From a virus, in the IMG/VR virus record IMGVR_UViG_3300030419_007002, positions 40,347 to 104,346 of that record: DNA of 64,000 nt; one strand, written 5' to 3'. Both the position numbers and the translations under genes were made by a program. Under the pieces are notes generated by a model, which saw only the letters and a program-made list of their open reading frames with translations, had not been told where the DNA came from and ran no database searches. Shown here one piece after another: positions 9,859 to 18,516 of the stretch; positions within the stretch are counted from its first letter, which is position 1, and the number at the start of each line of letters is the position of its first letter.

Positions 9859-10269
9859 ATGAATATAAAATTAACAACTGTAGCGGTGAGCGGATACTTT
9901 GACCCTCTCCACGTGGGGCATATAGAGATGCTAGAAAAAGCGAAATCCCTAGGGGATAAGCTAATTGTTATAGTTAATAATGACGCCCAAGCTAAACTTA
10001 AAAAAGGCAAGTCATTCATGAGCCAAGAGGATAGGCTAAAAATCATAAGGTCGCTGAAATGCGTAAATGAAGCGTTCATTTCAATAGATGAAGACTCATC
10101 TGTATGCAAGTCGCTAGCCGCCTGTAAGCCAGATATTTTTGCCAACGGTGGAGACAGAATAGAGGAGGAAATCCCCGAATCGCTTATCTGTAGGGAGCTC
10201 GGAATAGAAATGGTAGACGGACTTGGCGATAAAATAAGATCATCATCAGACTATACAGGACTTAAATGA
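9859..10269 (+). CDS. HIGH-family nucleotidyltransferase (HldE domain II / TagD-like cytidylyltransferase)
   Basis: SGYFDPLHVGH, LIVIVNND, FANGGDR, SSS. ATG at 9859 preferred over 9802, which overlaps the upstream gene. Confidence 0.85.
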   Translation: MNIKLTTVAVSGYFDPLHVGHIEMLEKAKSLGDKLIVIVNNDAQAKLKKGKSFMSQEDRLKIIRSLKCVNEAFISIDEDSSVCKSLAACKPDIFANGGDRIEEEIPESLICRELGIEMVDGLGDKIRSSSDYTGLK

Positions 10270-11036
10270 AATTTTTAGTAATAGGAGATAGCTGTACAGA
10301 CAAATTTATCTACGGCAAATGCGAAAGGATATGCCCCGAAGCACCCGTGCCAGTCTTTAATCCGATAAAGGAAACCACCAATGGGGGCATGGCAGCTAAC
10401 GTGAAAGCAAACGTTGAGTCTTTGGGCGTAGAATGTGATTTAATAACTCACGAAAATCAGATAGTTAAAACTAGATATGTAGATATTAAAACTAATCAAA
10501 TGCTTCTGCGGGTCGATGAAAACGATGAGGCCATGGGAAAATTCAACCACGGAGAAGTAGATTGGAAAAAATATGATGCAGTTATTATTTCTAATTACGG
10601 AAAAGGTTTTCTCAACGGAATGAGTGATGTTAGAAAAATATGTTTAGAGCATGATAATGTGTTTTTAGATAGTAATAAATGTAAGATAGATACAGATTTA
10701 CCTTTAAATTTAAGATTCTTAAAAATAAATGAGTATGAACTAGAAATTAATCCTCACCTCAAGAGTCATCTAGAGCCAGACGTTGGATTTATGACAAATT
10801 ATACTAGGCCAGATCAAATTATAATTACTCTGGGCCATAAGGGGTGCAGTTATATGGGTAAGACTTACCCGCCGCCCAAGCGCGTTGTCGCTCAAGATTT
10901 ATCTGGCGCAGGAGACACTTTTTTAGCAGCATTAGCCGTCTCCATAATGAAGGTCAACGAAGTAGAAATGGCTATAGAATTTGCAAACGAATGCGCTTCG
11001 AAAGTAGTTGAGAAAAGGGGAGTAAAAACAGTATGA
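10266..11036 (+). CDS. PfkB-family sugar kinase, HldE/RfaE domain I-like (heptose-7-phosphate kinase-like)
   Basis: VIGD..D, RICPEAPVPV, GMAANV, QMLLRVD, DLSGAGDTF. Confidence 0.85.
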   Translation: MKFLVIGDSCTDKFIYGKCERICPEAPVPVFNPIKETTNGGMAANVKANVESLGVECDLITHENQIVKTRYVDIKTNQMLLRVDENDEAMGKFNHGEVDWKKYDAVIISNYGKGFLNGMSDVRKICLEHDNVFLDSNKCKIDTDLPLNLRFLKINEYELEINPHLKSHLEPDVGFMTNYTRPDQIIITLGHKGCSYMGKTYPPPKRVVAQDLSGAGDTFLAALAVSIMKVNEVEMAIEFANECASKVVEKRGVKTV

Positions 11037-11968
11037 TTTATTTAGATGATTTAACAGTTAAAGAATTGCTTGATAACAAGTGGCTTGAAATTGCTGAAGC
11101 CGTTGAGGAAGCATTTGTTGACCCAACGGCAGACATGGTTCCTAAAGTTTACCTTGAAGCAGGTAACGCTGGGGATTATAGGGCCATGCCAGCAGCATTA
11201 GGTGGCTACGCCGCTTTAAAATGGATTGGTGTGTTCCCTGACAATAAAAAACACAGCCTTCCGACCACCATTGGTTCACTTATTCTTAACGATAGATACA
11301 CGGGTCAGCCATTAATAGCAATGGACTGTACGACACTGACTGCGTATAGAACCGCCGCCACTTCCGCGATTGCTGCAAAATATTGCGCTCCAGACGCGGA
11401 AGAGTTTGCAATTATTGGTTGCGGGATACAGGGGAGGTACCATATCGAAGCCTACGAAGCCATTTGTCAAGGCCACATGAAGTTAAGCATAGAGCTTTAC
11501 GATACCAACGAAAGCCCCATGTTGCAAATGTTTAATTGGCTTGGTAGAGAAAACCTTTGTCATGCTTGGGGCAGAAATAAGTCAGTAAAAGAAGCCGTTA
11601 AATACGCAGACGTTATCACGACACTCACGCCCTCGACTGAGGGCTATCTAAATATACTTGATCTTAAAAGTAATTGTCATGTAAATGCAGTTGGCGCAGA
11701 CGCCGTGGGTAAGCGTGAATTAATGACTAATGTAATTGACGGAGCCGCGAATATCATTTGCGATGACCCAACGCAAGCTCTGCACTCTGGAGAATTACAA
11801 TACAATGAGTGGCCTCATTTAGATGTTAGCTCCATGAATCATCTCATCAGGAATCATAAAACCATGCAGTTAGACAGGGGCGTGTCAATATTTGACTCGA
11901 CAGGGGTGGCGATAGAAGATATAGCTATCGCAGAATTAATCTATAGGCTTCACAATGGACAAAAATAA
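11033..11968 (+). CDS. Ornithine cyclodeaminase / mu-crystallin family protein
   Basis: RAMPA, LTAYRTAATSAIA, GCGIQG, AVGAD, FDSTGVAIED. Confidence 0.9.
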   Translation: MIYLDDLTVKELLDNKWLEIAEAVEEAFVDPTADMVPKVYLEAGNAGDYRAMPAALGGYAALKWIGVFPDNKKHSLPTTIGSLILNDRYTGQPLIAMDCTTLTAYRTAATSAIAAKYCAPDAEEFAIIGCGIQGRYHIEAYEAICQGHMKLSIELYDTNESPMLQMFNWLGRENLCHAWGRNKSVKEAVKYADVITTLTPSTEGYLNILDLKSNCHVNAVGADAVGKRELMTNVIDGAANIICDDPTQALHSGELQYNEWPHLDVSSMNHLIRNHKTMQLDRGVSIFDSTGVAIEDIAIAELIYRLHNGQK

Positions 11969-12101
11969 TTTACTAAAATGGAAAATTCGCCGTTTAGAAG
12001 CTAAAATAAGTAAGCTAGAAGAAGAAAAAAGAACCTTGAAAAAGCGTCATAAACATCAAAGAAGTCGTGATAGAAAGGTATATATTCAATGCCGATGCTG
12101 A
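11955..12101 (+). CDS. Possible small basic coiled-coil protein (48 aa), not in ORF track
   Basis: ATG at 11955, MDKNNLLKWKIRRLEAKISKLEEEKR..., fills a gap but overlaps the next ORF. Confidence 0.35.
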   Translation: MDKNNLLKWKIRRLEAKISKLEEEKRTLKKRHKHQRSRDRKVYIQCRC

Positions 12102-12474
12102 AGAATTATTTTATAATAAATTAAATAATTTACATGATAAGTATGTTTATCATCTTATATTAAGCGGAGTAGCAGATAAAGGCACGGATATTGAGTCTAT
12201 AAAAATGACCAAAAATCCGCTTGCAAACAAAAAATATTGCGAAAAAATAGTGGGCGGGTTGGTAAATATCAAACCACAAATAATATCGAGCCTAAAAGAA
12301 GATGGAAAAGCCAAACTAGAGTGTATTTTTACAAAGATAGAAGACAATAAATACTTAAACCATATCTACATGATACAGAATGTTATGGATTGGCCACAGC
12401 TAGACAAGTTCAGCTGCCAAATATGGTATCTCGGAGAGACTGGGCTTGAGGACATTAAAAAAATTTGGGATTAA
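12067..12474 (+). CDS. Hypothetical protein
   Basis: 135 aa ORF in co-directional gene run. Confidence 0.6.
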   Translation: MIERYIFNADAEELFYNKLNNLHDKYVYHLILSGVADKGTDIESIKMTKNPLANKKYCEKIVGGLVNIKPQIISSLKEDGKAKLECIFTKIEDNKYLNHIYMIQNVMDWPQLDKFSCQIWYLGETGLEDIKKIWD

Positions 12475-12479
12475 TTTAA

Positions 12480-12965
12480 ATGAATACTTTTACTAAATGG
12501 TTTCTGATTAATGCGGTCATGGGAACTGCCGTTTTTTTTGCAGAACAAAAGGGCGCGGTATCTACCGTAATTAAAAATGACTTATCATATATTTCTATTT
12601 TGATAATGGCACTATACGTTGGAGTTTCTATTTACGTAGGGAGATTATGTTACTTAGCTGACAAAATAAATAAGAAAAGAGAAGACGACGCCAGAGAATA
12701 TTTACTAAAACGATCAGACTTGGGGTGGTTCTCTGCGGAACATTTTTTCTCATTAGGGCTATTGGGTACGATCATAGGACTAATCTTCGCAACGAGAGGA
12801 AGTCTCGATTCATCACTACCAGTAGCAGATATAGTTGCGGGATTAAAAGAAGGGCTCAACACAGCCTTTTACACAACCGTGTGCGGAATTGTATTTAGCT
12901 TACCGCTACAGGTACAATTGGTAATTTTAAAATTTAAGCTAGAAACTCATGGCCATAAAACCTAA
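12480..12965 (+). CDS. MotA/TolQ/ExbB proton-channel family membrane protein
   Basis: Four hydrophobic segments; SLGLLGTIIGLI and GLNTAFYTTVCGIV match the conserved TM pair of the family. Confidence 0.8.
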   Translation: MNTFTKWFLINAVMGTAVFFAEQKGAVSTVIKNDLSYISILIMALYVGVSIYVGRLCYLADKINKKREDDAREYLLKRSDLGWFSAEHFFSLGLLGTIIGLIFATRGSLDSSLPVADIVAGLKEGLNTAFYTTVCGIVFSLPLQVQLVILKFKLETHGHKT

Positions 12966-13110
12966 CAGAAGCGAAAGGCTCATCATAGTCATTGTGGCTT
13001 CAGCTGCGATTGGCTTTACGCTAGGGGTTCTGTCCATGGAGCAAAAGGTAAAAGAAAAAGACGAACAAGTAGAAGAACTACTTGGCGCAGTAGAGGATTT
13101 ATTAAAATAA
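12949..13110 (+). CDS. Small single-pass membrane protein (53 aa), not in ORF track
   Basis: MAIKPNRSERLIIVIVASAAIGFTLGVLSMEQKVKEKDEQVEELLGAVEDLLK; TAATG coupling to the next gene. Confidence 0.65.
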   Translation: MAIKPNRSERLIIVIVASAAIGFTLGVLSMEQKVKEKDEQVEELLGAVEDLLK

Positions 13111-13703
13111 TGAGAAAATTTTTTTCATTCAGGCCATTCATTGACGTTTTGTTCTGCTGCCTTCTTATGTTGGTGGCGATCTTATTTCTGCTAAAGACAG
13201 AGGAAGAGAAAACTAAGTCTCGCCCTCCTAATGTGATTTATGAAATAGTACTGACTTGGGATGGAGACAGTGAAGATGATCTAGACATCTATGTGCAAGC
13301 TGCATCGGGGCACAAGGTATACTTCAACAATAGGGAGGGCGGAGAAGGCAGTCTTATAAGCTTAGACCATGACGCGTTAGGCAAGCGAAGAAATAATAGC
13401 CTATCCCAAGGGCAAGAAGGGACTGTTGTAAAATTCAACGAAGAGATAGTCTCGTTTAGAGGGGTAACCGAAGGAGAAAACATAGTCACCGTTCACGTAT
13501 ATTCGAAAAGAGATGAAGAACCAACAGTAGCCACAATTAAATTAATAAAAATTAAACCATTCAGAGAAGTCATCACCAAGCAAAGACAATTCTCCACCAC
13601 GGGGCAAGAAAAAATAGCCTTCAGGTTTAAAACAGACAAGGACGGAAACATCTTAGACGTAAATGAGTTACCAGCTAATTTAGTAAATCAATTAGGAGAA
13701 TAA
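13110..13703 (+). CDS. ExbD/MotB-like single-pass protein with YfaP/DUF2135-like extracytoplasmic domain
   Basis: N-terminal PFIDVLFCCLLMLV matches the ExbD/TolR TM with its conserved Asp; followed by LTW...DDLDIYV. Confidence 0.7.
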   Translation: MRKFFSFRPFIDVLFCCLLMLVAILFLLKTEEEKTKSRPPNVIYEIVLTWDGDSEDDLDIYVQAASGHKVYFNNREGGEGSLISLDHDALGKRRNNSLSQGQEGTVVKFNEEIVSFRGVTEGENIVTVHVYSKRDEEPTVATIKLIKIKPFREVITKQRQFSTTGQEKIAFRFKTDKDGNILDVNELPANLVNQLGE

Positions 13704-13705
13704 TC

Positions 13706-14704
13706 ATGAAACCATTAGTAGCAGTAGTAGACTGGAAGCAATCACCAAGAGGTGATGAAAGTTGCTATATAGAAAAAGAGGCTATTGGTAATAGGGCGCG
13801 AGTTAAATATTTTAAATGCGATACGGATAAAGACTGGAAAGGGGAAGTATTAAAATCGGACTATATCCTCTTATGGCACAATACAAGTATGCCCGATACA
13901 GTAATAAACAAGCTGGAAGACTGCAAAGCAATAATTAGAATTGGCACCGGATATGATTCAGTCGATTATATTGCGGCCGCAACCAGAGACATCCCAGTTT
14001 GTAACGTTCCAGACTACGGAACAGATGAAGTTGCAGATCACTCCATAGCCTTAGCGCTTGCCCTTTGTCGCCAAATTATACCCATTGACCAAGAATGTAA
14101 AAACCTTGGTTGGGACATACCAAACAAAAATAAGATTCAAAGATTTGGAGAAATGATGTTCGGGGTTATAGGGCTAGGCAGAATTGGAACATCTGTCGCC
14201 CTAAAGGCTAAAGCTCTCGGATTTGAAGTTCATTTTTATGACCCCTACCTTTCTAATGGCGTCGATAAATCCCTAGGTATAGCTAGAAGTAAAAATCTCG
14301 ATAATTTTTTAGGCATGATGGATATAGTGTCCATTAATTGCCCGCTAACCGAAGAAACTCATCATATGATTACGAAGAGGGAGCTTAAAATAATGAGAAA
14401 AAATGCTTTCATTGTTAATACAGCGCGTGGATCCATTATAAAAAAGAAAGATTTATTCTCCTCCCTCAGAAAAAATGATATAGGTGGCGCAGCCCTTGAT
14501 GTAATAGAAGACGAGCCATTGAAGACAAAAAAAGAAGCCGAAACCCCCAACCTAATTGTAACGTGTCATTCTGGATTTTACAGTATCCAAGCTGCATGGG
14601 AAATGAGACATAAGGCAGCATCAATCGCACGAGATATGATCTTAGGAGAAGATATAGAGAATTGTATTAACTGTAATTTTTTACCAAGGAATTTTATAAA
14701 ATGA
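13706..14704 (+). CDS. D-isomer-specific 2-hydroxyacid dehydrogenase (CtBP-like)
   Basis: GTGYDSVD, NVPDYG, GLGRIG, CPLTEET, VNTARG, LDVIEDEP, CHSGFYS. Confidence 0.9.
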   Translation: MKPLVAVVDWKQSPRGDESCYIEKEAIGNRARVKYFKCDTDKDWKGEVLKSDYILLWHNTSMPDTVINKLEDCKAIIRIGTGYDSVDYIAAATRDIPVCNVPDYGTDEVADHSIALALALCRQIIPIDQECKNLGWDIPNKNKIQRFGEMMFGVIGLGRIGTSVALKAKALGFEVHFYDPYLSNGVDKSLGIARSKNLDNFLGMMDIVSINCPLTEETHHMITKRELKIMRKNAFIVNTARGSIIKKKDLFSSLRKNDIGGAALDVIEDEPLKTKKEAETPNLIVTCHSGFYSIQAAWEMRHKAASIARDMILGEDIENCINCNFLPRNFIK

Positions 14705-15213
14705 TTTATTTATTATACGGACAACCGGGATCAGGCAAAACAACTCTGGGAAGTATGTTGGCCAGAGAAATAGACACCCCATTTTTTATAGATGGAGATG
14801 AATTTCGTAAAATGTTTTCACGCCAGAACCTCGGGTACGGAAAGGCGGGCAGAACCAAGAACATAAGGAATGTCAATGCGGTAGCAACCTTTTTAAATAA
14901 GAAAGGTAAAAGTGAAGACTGGATGTGCATTTATGTTCGTGACAAAAACAACCCCAACAGTATAGAGGGGATAAGCGTTAACAACGAAACTGATGTAGTT
15001 CTAAGTTTTGTTAACCCTTATGCAGAGCTAAGAGAAGAACTGAGGGTAGACAATAAAGGGCAAGTGGTAGAGATTTTATTAAAGTCAGACAGAGATCTAA
15101 GGAAAGAATATCATGTTGAAGACTTCGAAGAAGGCAACCCAGATCACAGCATATCCACAGACAAAGATGTTACAGAAGGTTGGGCTGAATTAAAAAATTT
15201 ATTAAAATTATGA
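14701..15213 (+). CDS. Adenylyl-sulfate kinase-like P-loop kinase (CysC-like)
   Basis: GQPGSGKTT, IDGDEFR, GY.K.GR..N, SFVNPY...R. Confidence 0.7.
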   Translation: MIYLLYGQPGSGKTTLGSMLAREIDTPFFIDGDEFRKMFSRQNLGYGKAGRTKNIRNVNAVATFLNKKGKSEDWMCIYVRDKNNPNSIEGISVNNETDVVLSFVNPYAELREELRVDNKGQVVEILLKSDRDLRKEYHVEDFEEGNPDHSISTDKDVTEGWAELKNLLKL

Positions 15214-15425
15214 AATTAATATTACTACTAGCAGCTTTTTATTTAGTTGGATGTTGCTGCCCAACATGTGAGCCAACTATATATTACAGCCCTAGCGGTA
15301 AACCATTCCCTACTAGTTGGGGTAGTCCTCCAGAGATACAGACTAAAGACTATCGACCCCTGCAAGAAGGTTATGGGCATGGCAGCAGCACCTTATATCA
15401 TTGGATAGAGGAGAATCAAAAATGA
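15210..15425 (+). CDS. Small putative lipoprotein
   Basis: Signal peptide with lipobox LVG-C. Confidence 0.6.
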   Translation: MKLILLLAAFYLVGCCCPTCEPTIYYSPSGKPFPTSWGSPPEIQTKDYRPLQEGYGHGSSTLYHWIEENQK

Positions 15426-15877
15426 AAATATTACTATTCCTATTACTTACTAGTCTCTCTACCTACTCTCAAGTAGCTAGACCAACGTACAACCCATTCA
15501 ATAATGGAGGCATTCCATTTTACGGTCAAAATCAAATGAGGCCGCAAAATAATTACTACAATAACAATAACTTGTACAACAGACCGCAGTTTCCAAATAA
15601 TACAAACCATCCTTTGAATTTTCATCGACCAAATAATTTTGGGTTTCAGAATAATTTTCAAAGACCCCAGCAGTTCTTCCCGCAGAGTCAGCCGCAGCAA
15701 AATTGGCAGCAACCCCAAGTACAACCACAACAGCCTCAACCGCAGCAACCCGCTCCCCCACCAATGTTTACTAGAAAGTTCCATCTTAATAATGGATATT
15801 TATTCGGTAGGCCTACGCTATGGTACGACTCCAAATCTAACAAGATGCAGCCTTGGGTTAGGAAAAACCTAAGATAG
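15422..15877 (+). CDS. Secreted Asn/Gln/Pro-rich low-complexity protein
   Basis: Signal peptide MKILLFLLLTSLSTYS followed by N-rich then QP-rich tracts. Confidence 0.6.
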   Translation: MKILLFLLLTSLSTYSQVARPTYNPFNNGGIPFYGQNQMRPQNNYYNNNNLYNRPQFPNNTNHPLNFHRPNNFGFQNNFQRPQQFFPQSQPQQNWQQPQVQPQQPQPQQPAPPPMFTRKFHLNNGYLFGRPTLWYDSKSNKMQPWVRKNLR

Positions 15878-15886
15878 CTAAGCGTA

Positions 15887-16153
15887 ATGAAAGCTAAATT
15901 TCCAGAAGGTTACGGGGAGTACAAAGAGTATGATTTTGATAACAGGATCAGCTACGAAGAAGACTCTGATTCAATGTATATCTACGTCGCTCCGCCCCAA
16001 GGGCAAGTGGGGGCAGTAATGGTTTACAATGAAGATGGGTGTATGGTATCAATAGATACGGACGAAGTGAATACTCAAGTAGGTATTGAAATAATTGGCG
16101 TGTCTAAATTAATGGATAAATTTAATCTAAAGAATATAATAAAGAAGAACTAA
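15887..16153 (+). CDS. DUF2283-like protein
   Basis: ISYEEDSDSMYI ... IDTDE...VGIEII pattern. Confidence 0.6.
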   Translation: MKAKFPEGYGEYKEYDFDNRISYEEDSDSMYIYVAPPQGQVGAVMVYNEDGCMVSIDTDEVNTQVGIEIIGVSKLMDKFNLKNIIKKN

Positions 16154-16154
16154 A

Positions 16155-16328
16155 ATGGAAAATAAACACAGAGAGCCTTGGGAAATCATAGGCATCATAA
16201 CCTCAGGATATTTAGGAGTATTATTAGTGCATTGTGTACTTACGGCTATGGAGTATGGAATGTTAATTGTAAATTATAAAAAAGAATTTAATTTGGGAGA
16301 CTGCTTTCACGTGCCCTTATTAGTATAA
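16155..16328 (+). CDS. Small membrane protein (57 aa), not in ORF track
   Basis: MENKHREPWEIIGIITSGYLGVLLV...; TAATG coupling to the next ORF. Confidence 0.5.
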   Translation: MENKHREPWEIIGIITSGYLGVLLVHCVLTAMEYGMLIVNYKKEFNLGDCFHVPLLV

Positions 16329-16489
16329 TGCTTAAAAAAATTATATTAATATTTTTTGCAGTTTTAACTATTCTTTTTGTTATACAGGCATTACCTGTTA
16401 TACTTGCTATCGTTTATTTAGGGGGTTGGATGATATGGTGCGTTCTAACAGGGGATTCTTTTTGGGGTGAGTATGGCCCGTTTTGGTAA
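16328..16489 (+). CDS. Small hydrophobic membrane protein (53 aa), not in ORF track
   Basis: MLKKIILIFFAVLTILFVIQALPVILAIVYLGGWMIW...; ends 1 nt before the next ATG. Confidence 0.55.
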   Translation: MLKKIILIFFAVLTILFVIQALPVILAIVYLGGWMIWCVLTGDSFWGEYGPFW

Positions 16490-16490
16490 A

Positions 16491-16787
16491 ATGGAAAGTC
16501 GAAAAAAATTTATAAAATGCAGTTGTCACGGCGAAGGTATGCTACTTGCCAAGTTTGACGGCGAAGAAGAAATCTATGTTAGCTTTTGGCGAGAGGGCAT
16601 AAACCCCGTCAAATTAACTTGGTGGATGAGACTGAAGCTGTGTTACTTGGCTTTATTTAAGGGCAATTATTATGACGACCAGTTAGTTTTAAGTAAAGAA
16701 GAAGCAAGACAGCTTTGTACGTGGATTCAGGATGAATACGACATGGACGCGGTGGAAAGAGAGATGGAAAAAGATGTGGAACAATAG
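16491..16787 (+). CDS. Hypothetical phage protein
   Basis: MESRKKFIKCSCHGE...; start placed at ATG 16491. Confidence 0.65.
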   Translation: MESRKKFIKCSCHGEGMLLAKFDGEEEIYVSFWREGINPVKLTWWMRLKLCYLALFKGNYYDDQLVLSKEEARQLCTWIQDEYDMDAVEREMEKDVEQ

Positions 16788-17010
16788 AATCATAAAGCAC
16801 GAAAAGGATGGAGTCACTTGGCATAGTGTCCATGAAGTCTTTTACAATGAAGACGGTAGCATTTATGGTCACACCGAAGACCCAATTACTATCGTTGGAG
16901 AAACCGAAGAAGAAGCGGTAGAACAAGCGGAACAAATATTGAGAGATATTAAAGATACGCCAGTTCTTGTGGCGTCTGAAATAGAATTTAAAGACCATGA
17001 AGAAATATAA
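16774..17010 (+). CDS. Hypothetical phage protein
   Basis: MWNNRII...HEVFYNEDG...; start placed at ATG 16774. Confidence 0.65.
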   Translation: MWNNRIIKHEKDGVTWHSVHEVFYNEDGSIYGHTEDPITIVGETEEEAVEQAEQILRDIKDTPVLVASEIEFKDHEEI

Positions 17011-17350
17011 AAAAGAACGATTAGAGAAAAAAGGCTGGTCTGTTGGAGATACGGATGATTTTCTAAATGACGAGTCTCTTGAAGAATTTATGTCTAGTGA
17101 TTTTCCGAGGGTTTATATACATGACGTTAAAAATAACCCAGACGATACCTGCTCTATAGAAATTTCTACTAATAAAGCTTTTGACGAACTCTTTAAGAAA
17201 GAAAAAAATCGTAAGCGAGTTAGCAATAAAGGAATACAGGAGTTTTTTATAGAGCTACTCGAAAAGGGTCTAGCTAAAGAAGATGGGTACGATTTAAAGA
17301 CATTAGACAAGCGTAAGTCAAGTCGTAAGGCAAGTAAACTTTACAAATAG
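16997..17350 (+). CDS. Hypothetical protein
   Basis: 117 aa ORF in gene run. Confidence 0.6.
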   Translation: MKKYKKERLEKKGWSVGDTDDFLNDESLEEFMSSDFPRVYIHDVKNNPDDTCSIEISTNKAFDELFKKEKNRKRVSNKGIQEFFIELLEKGLAKEDGYDLKTLDKRKSSRKASKLYK

Positions 17351-17376
17351 ACGGACAAATGTAAAAAAGCTAAAAG

Positions 17377-17571
17377 ATGTTTAAAAGACTTTGGTTAATT
17401 TGGTCGAGGACGGTAGATCATCGCATTGGCAAAACCGACGATGACGCCCCAGATATTCCAATTTTAAAAAACAAAGATGCGAATATTAGTTTGTTAATAA
17501 GGACCGTAATCGTTATAATAAATGTAGTAACTTGTTTTTTTATTATAGCTAATGTGATAAGGCACTGGTAA
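17377..17571 (+). CDS. Small membrane protein
   Basis: 64 aa with C-terminal TM ending IANVIRHW. Confidence 0.6.
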   Translation: MFKRLWLIWSRTVDHRIGKTDDDAPDIPILKNKDANISLLIRTVIVIINVVTCFFIIANVIRHW

Positions 17572-17573
17572 AT

Positions 17574-18152
17574 ATGAATATAGCATTACCAATTTTATTA
17601 TTAGTATTTGGAGCACTGAGCTTTTGGATACTCACTGAATCAAGCGTTAGGTGGTATATCAAAACGGCTTGCATTACAACGTTTTGTTTATTCACGATCG
17701 TTTTTTGGACAACTATACACACCTTCTTGGGGTGGTCGGCTCACGAAGAATATATGCCTCAAAAAGTTTTGGTTCATTGGGTAATAATCAAAGAGCCCAA
17801 TAAAGTAACCGAGTCGAAAGGCTCTATACACATTTTGATAGAGTCCATAGAAGACGCAAAAGGAAATATGATTTCCAAATTCTTCGGCTACAGAACGGAT
17901 AAAATTGAGCCAAGGCTATTTGAACTAAAATACAACAGAGAGCTTCACGAAAAACTCGAAAAATTAAAACAGAGACTTAAACAAGGCCAACCTGTAGCTG
18001 GTAAATTCACCAAAGAAGGAGAGAAAGGAAAGGCTAAGGGTGGAAAGGGAAAGAAAAACGACAAGAACGGAGAGGGCAGCGAATCTCAAGAGCAAAGCTG
18101 GGAATTCCACGAATTATTACCATCAGAAATACAAGGGAAACCAGAGCGATGA
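17574..18152 (+). CDS. Two-TM membrane-anchored protein, candidate partner of the ExbB/ExbD-like pair
   Basis: Two N-terminal TM helices, then GW, IKEP, EPRLFELKYNRELH and a G/K-rich tail. Confidence 0.6.
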   Translation: MNIALPILLLVFGALSFWILTESSVRWYIKTACITTFCLFTIVFWTTIHTFLGWSAHEEYMPQKVLVHWVIIKEPNKVTESKGSIHILIESIEDAKGNMISKFFGYRTDKIEPRLFELKYNRELHEKLEKLKQRLKQGQPVAGKFTKEGEKGKAKGGKGKKNDKNGEGSESQEQSWEFHELLPSEIQGKPER

Positions 18153-18325
18153 AAGAAAAAATAAAAGAAGTATTAAAGCGTTACGAAAACATGCAGGTCA
18201 ACTTAGGCTCAGAAGTAGCTAGAGATATATTAGCAGAAGAAATACTTTCGGCGCTAGACCCAGAGAAAGAAACCAAAGAGTGGCTAGATAAAAACGATAA
18301 GACTAGTGAATGCGGAGGAGTATAG
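18149..18325 (+). CDS. Hypothetical protein (58 aa), not in ORF track
   Basis: ATGA overlap with the upstream stop; MKEKIKEVLKRYENMQVNLGSEVARDILAEEI... Confidence 0.5.
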   Translation: MKEKIKEVLKRYENMQVNLGSEVARDILAEEILSALDPEKETKEWLDKNDKTSECGGV

Positions 18326-18516
18326 TGCACGAATTCAAACTACCCCCCTATATATGCCCCTACGAAAAACGCAAGAAATTTTGCAGAAAAATAAGAGACA
18401 CTGAAAAAGAAATCCAAAACTTGAAAAGCGAGGGGCGTTGGAAAGAGGTCGCCCACTTACAATGTGTCTTAAGAAACTCTTGGTGGGGATACAAAAGATT
18501 TGCCGAAAACAAATAA
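18310..18516 (+). CDS. Hypothetical basic protein
   Basis: 68 aa ORF; GTG at 18325 is an alternative start. Confidence 0.5.
   Translation: MRRSIVHEFKLPPYICPYEKRKKFCRKIRDTEKEIQNLKSEGRWKEVAHLQCVLRNSWWGYKRFAENK

Noticed and set aside
12480-13703. Zorya defence system
   Set aside because: The A subunit has no long cytoplasmic tail, the B subunit has no OmpA-like domain, and no ZorC/D/E genes are adjacent
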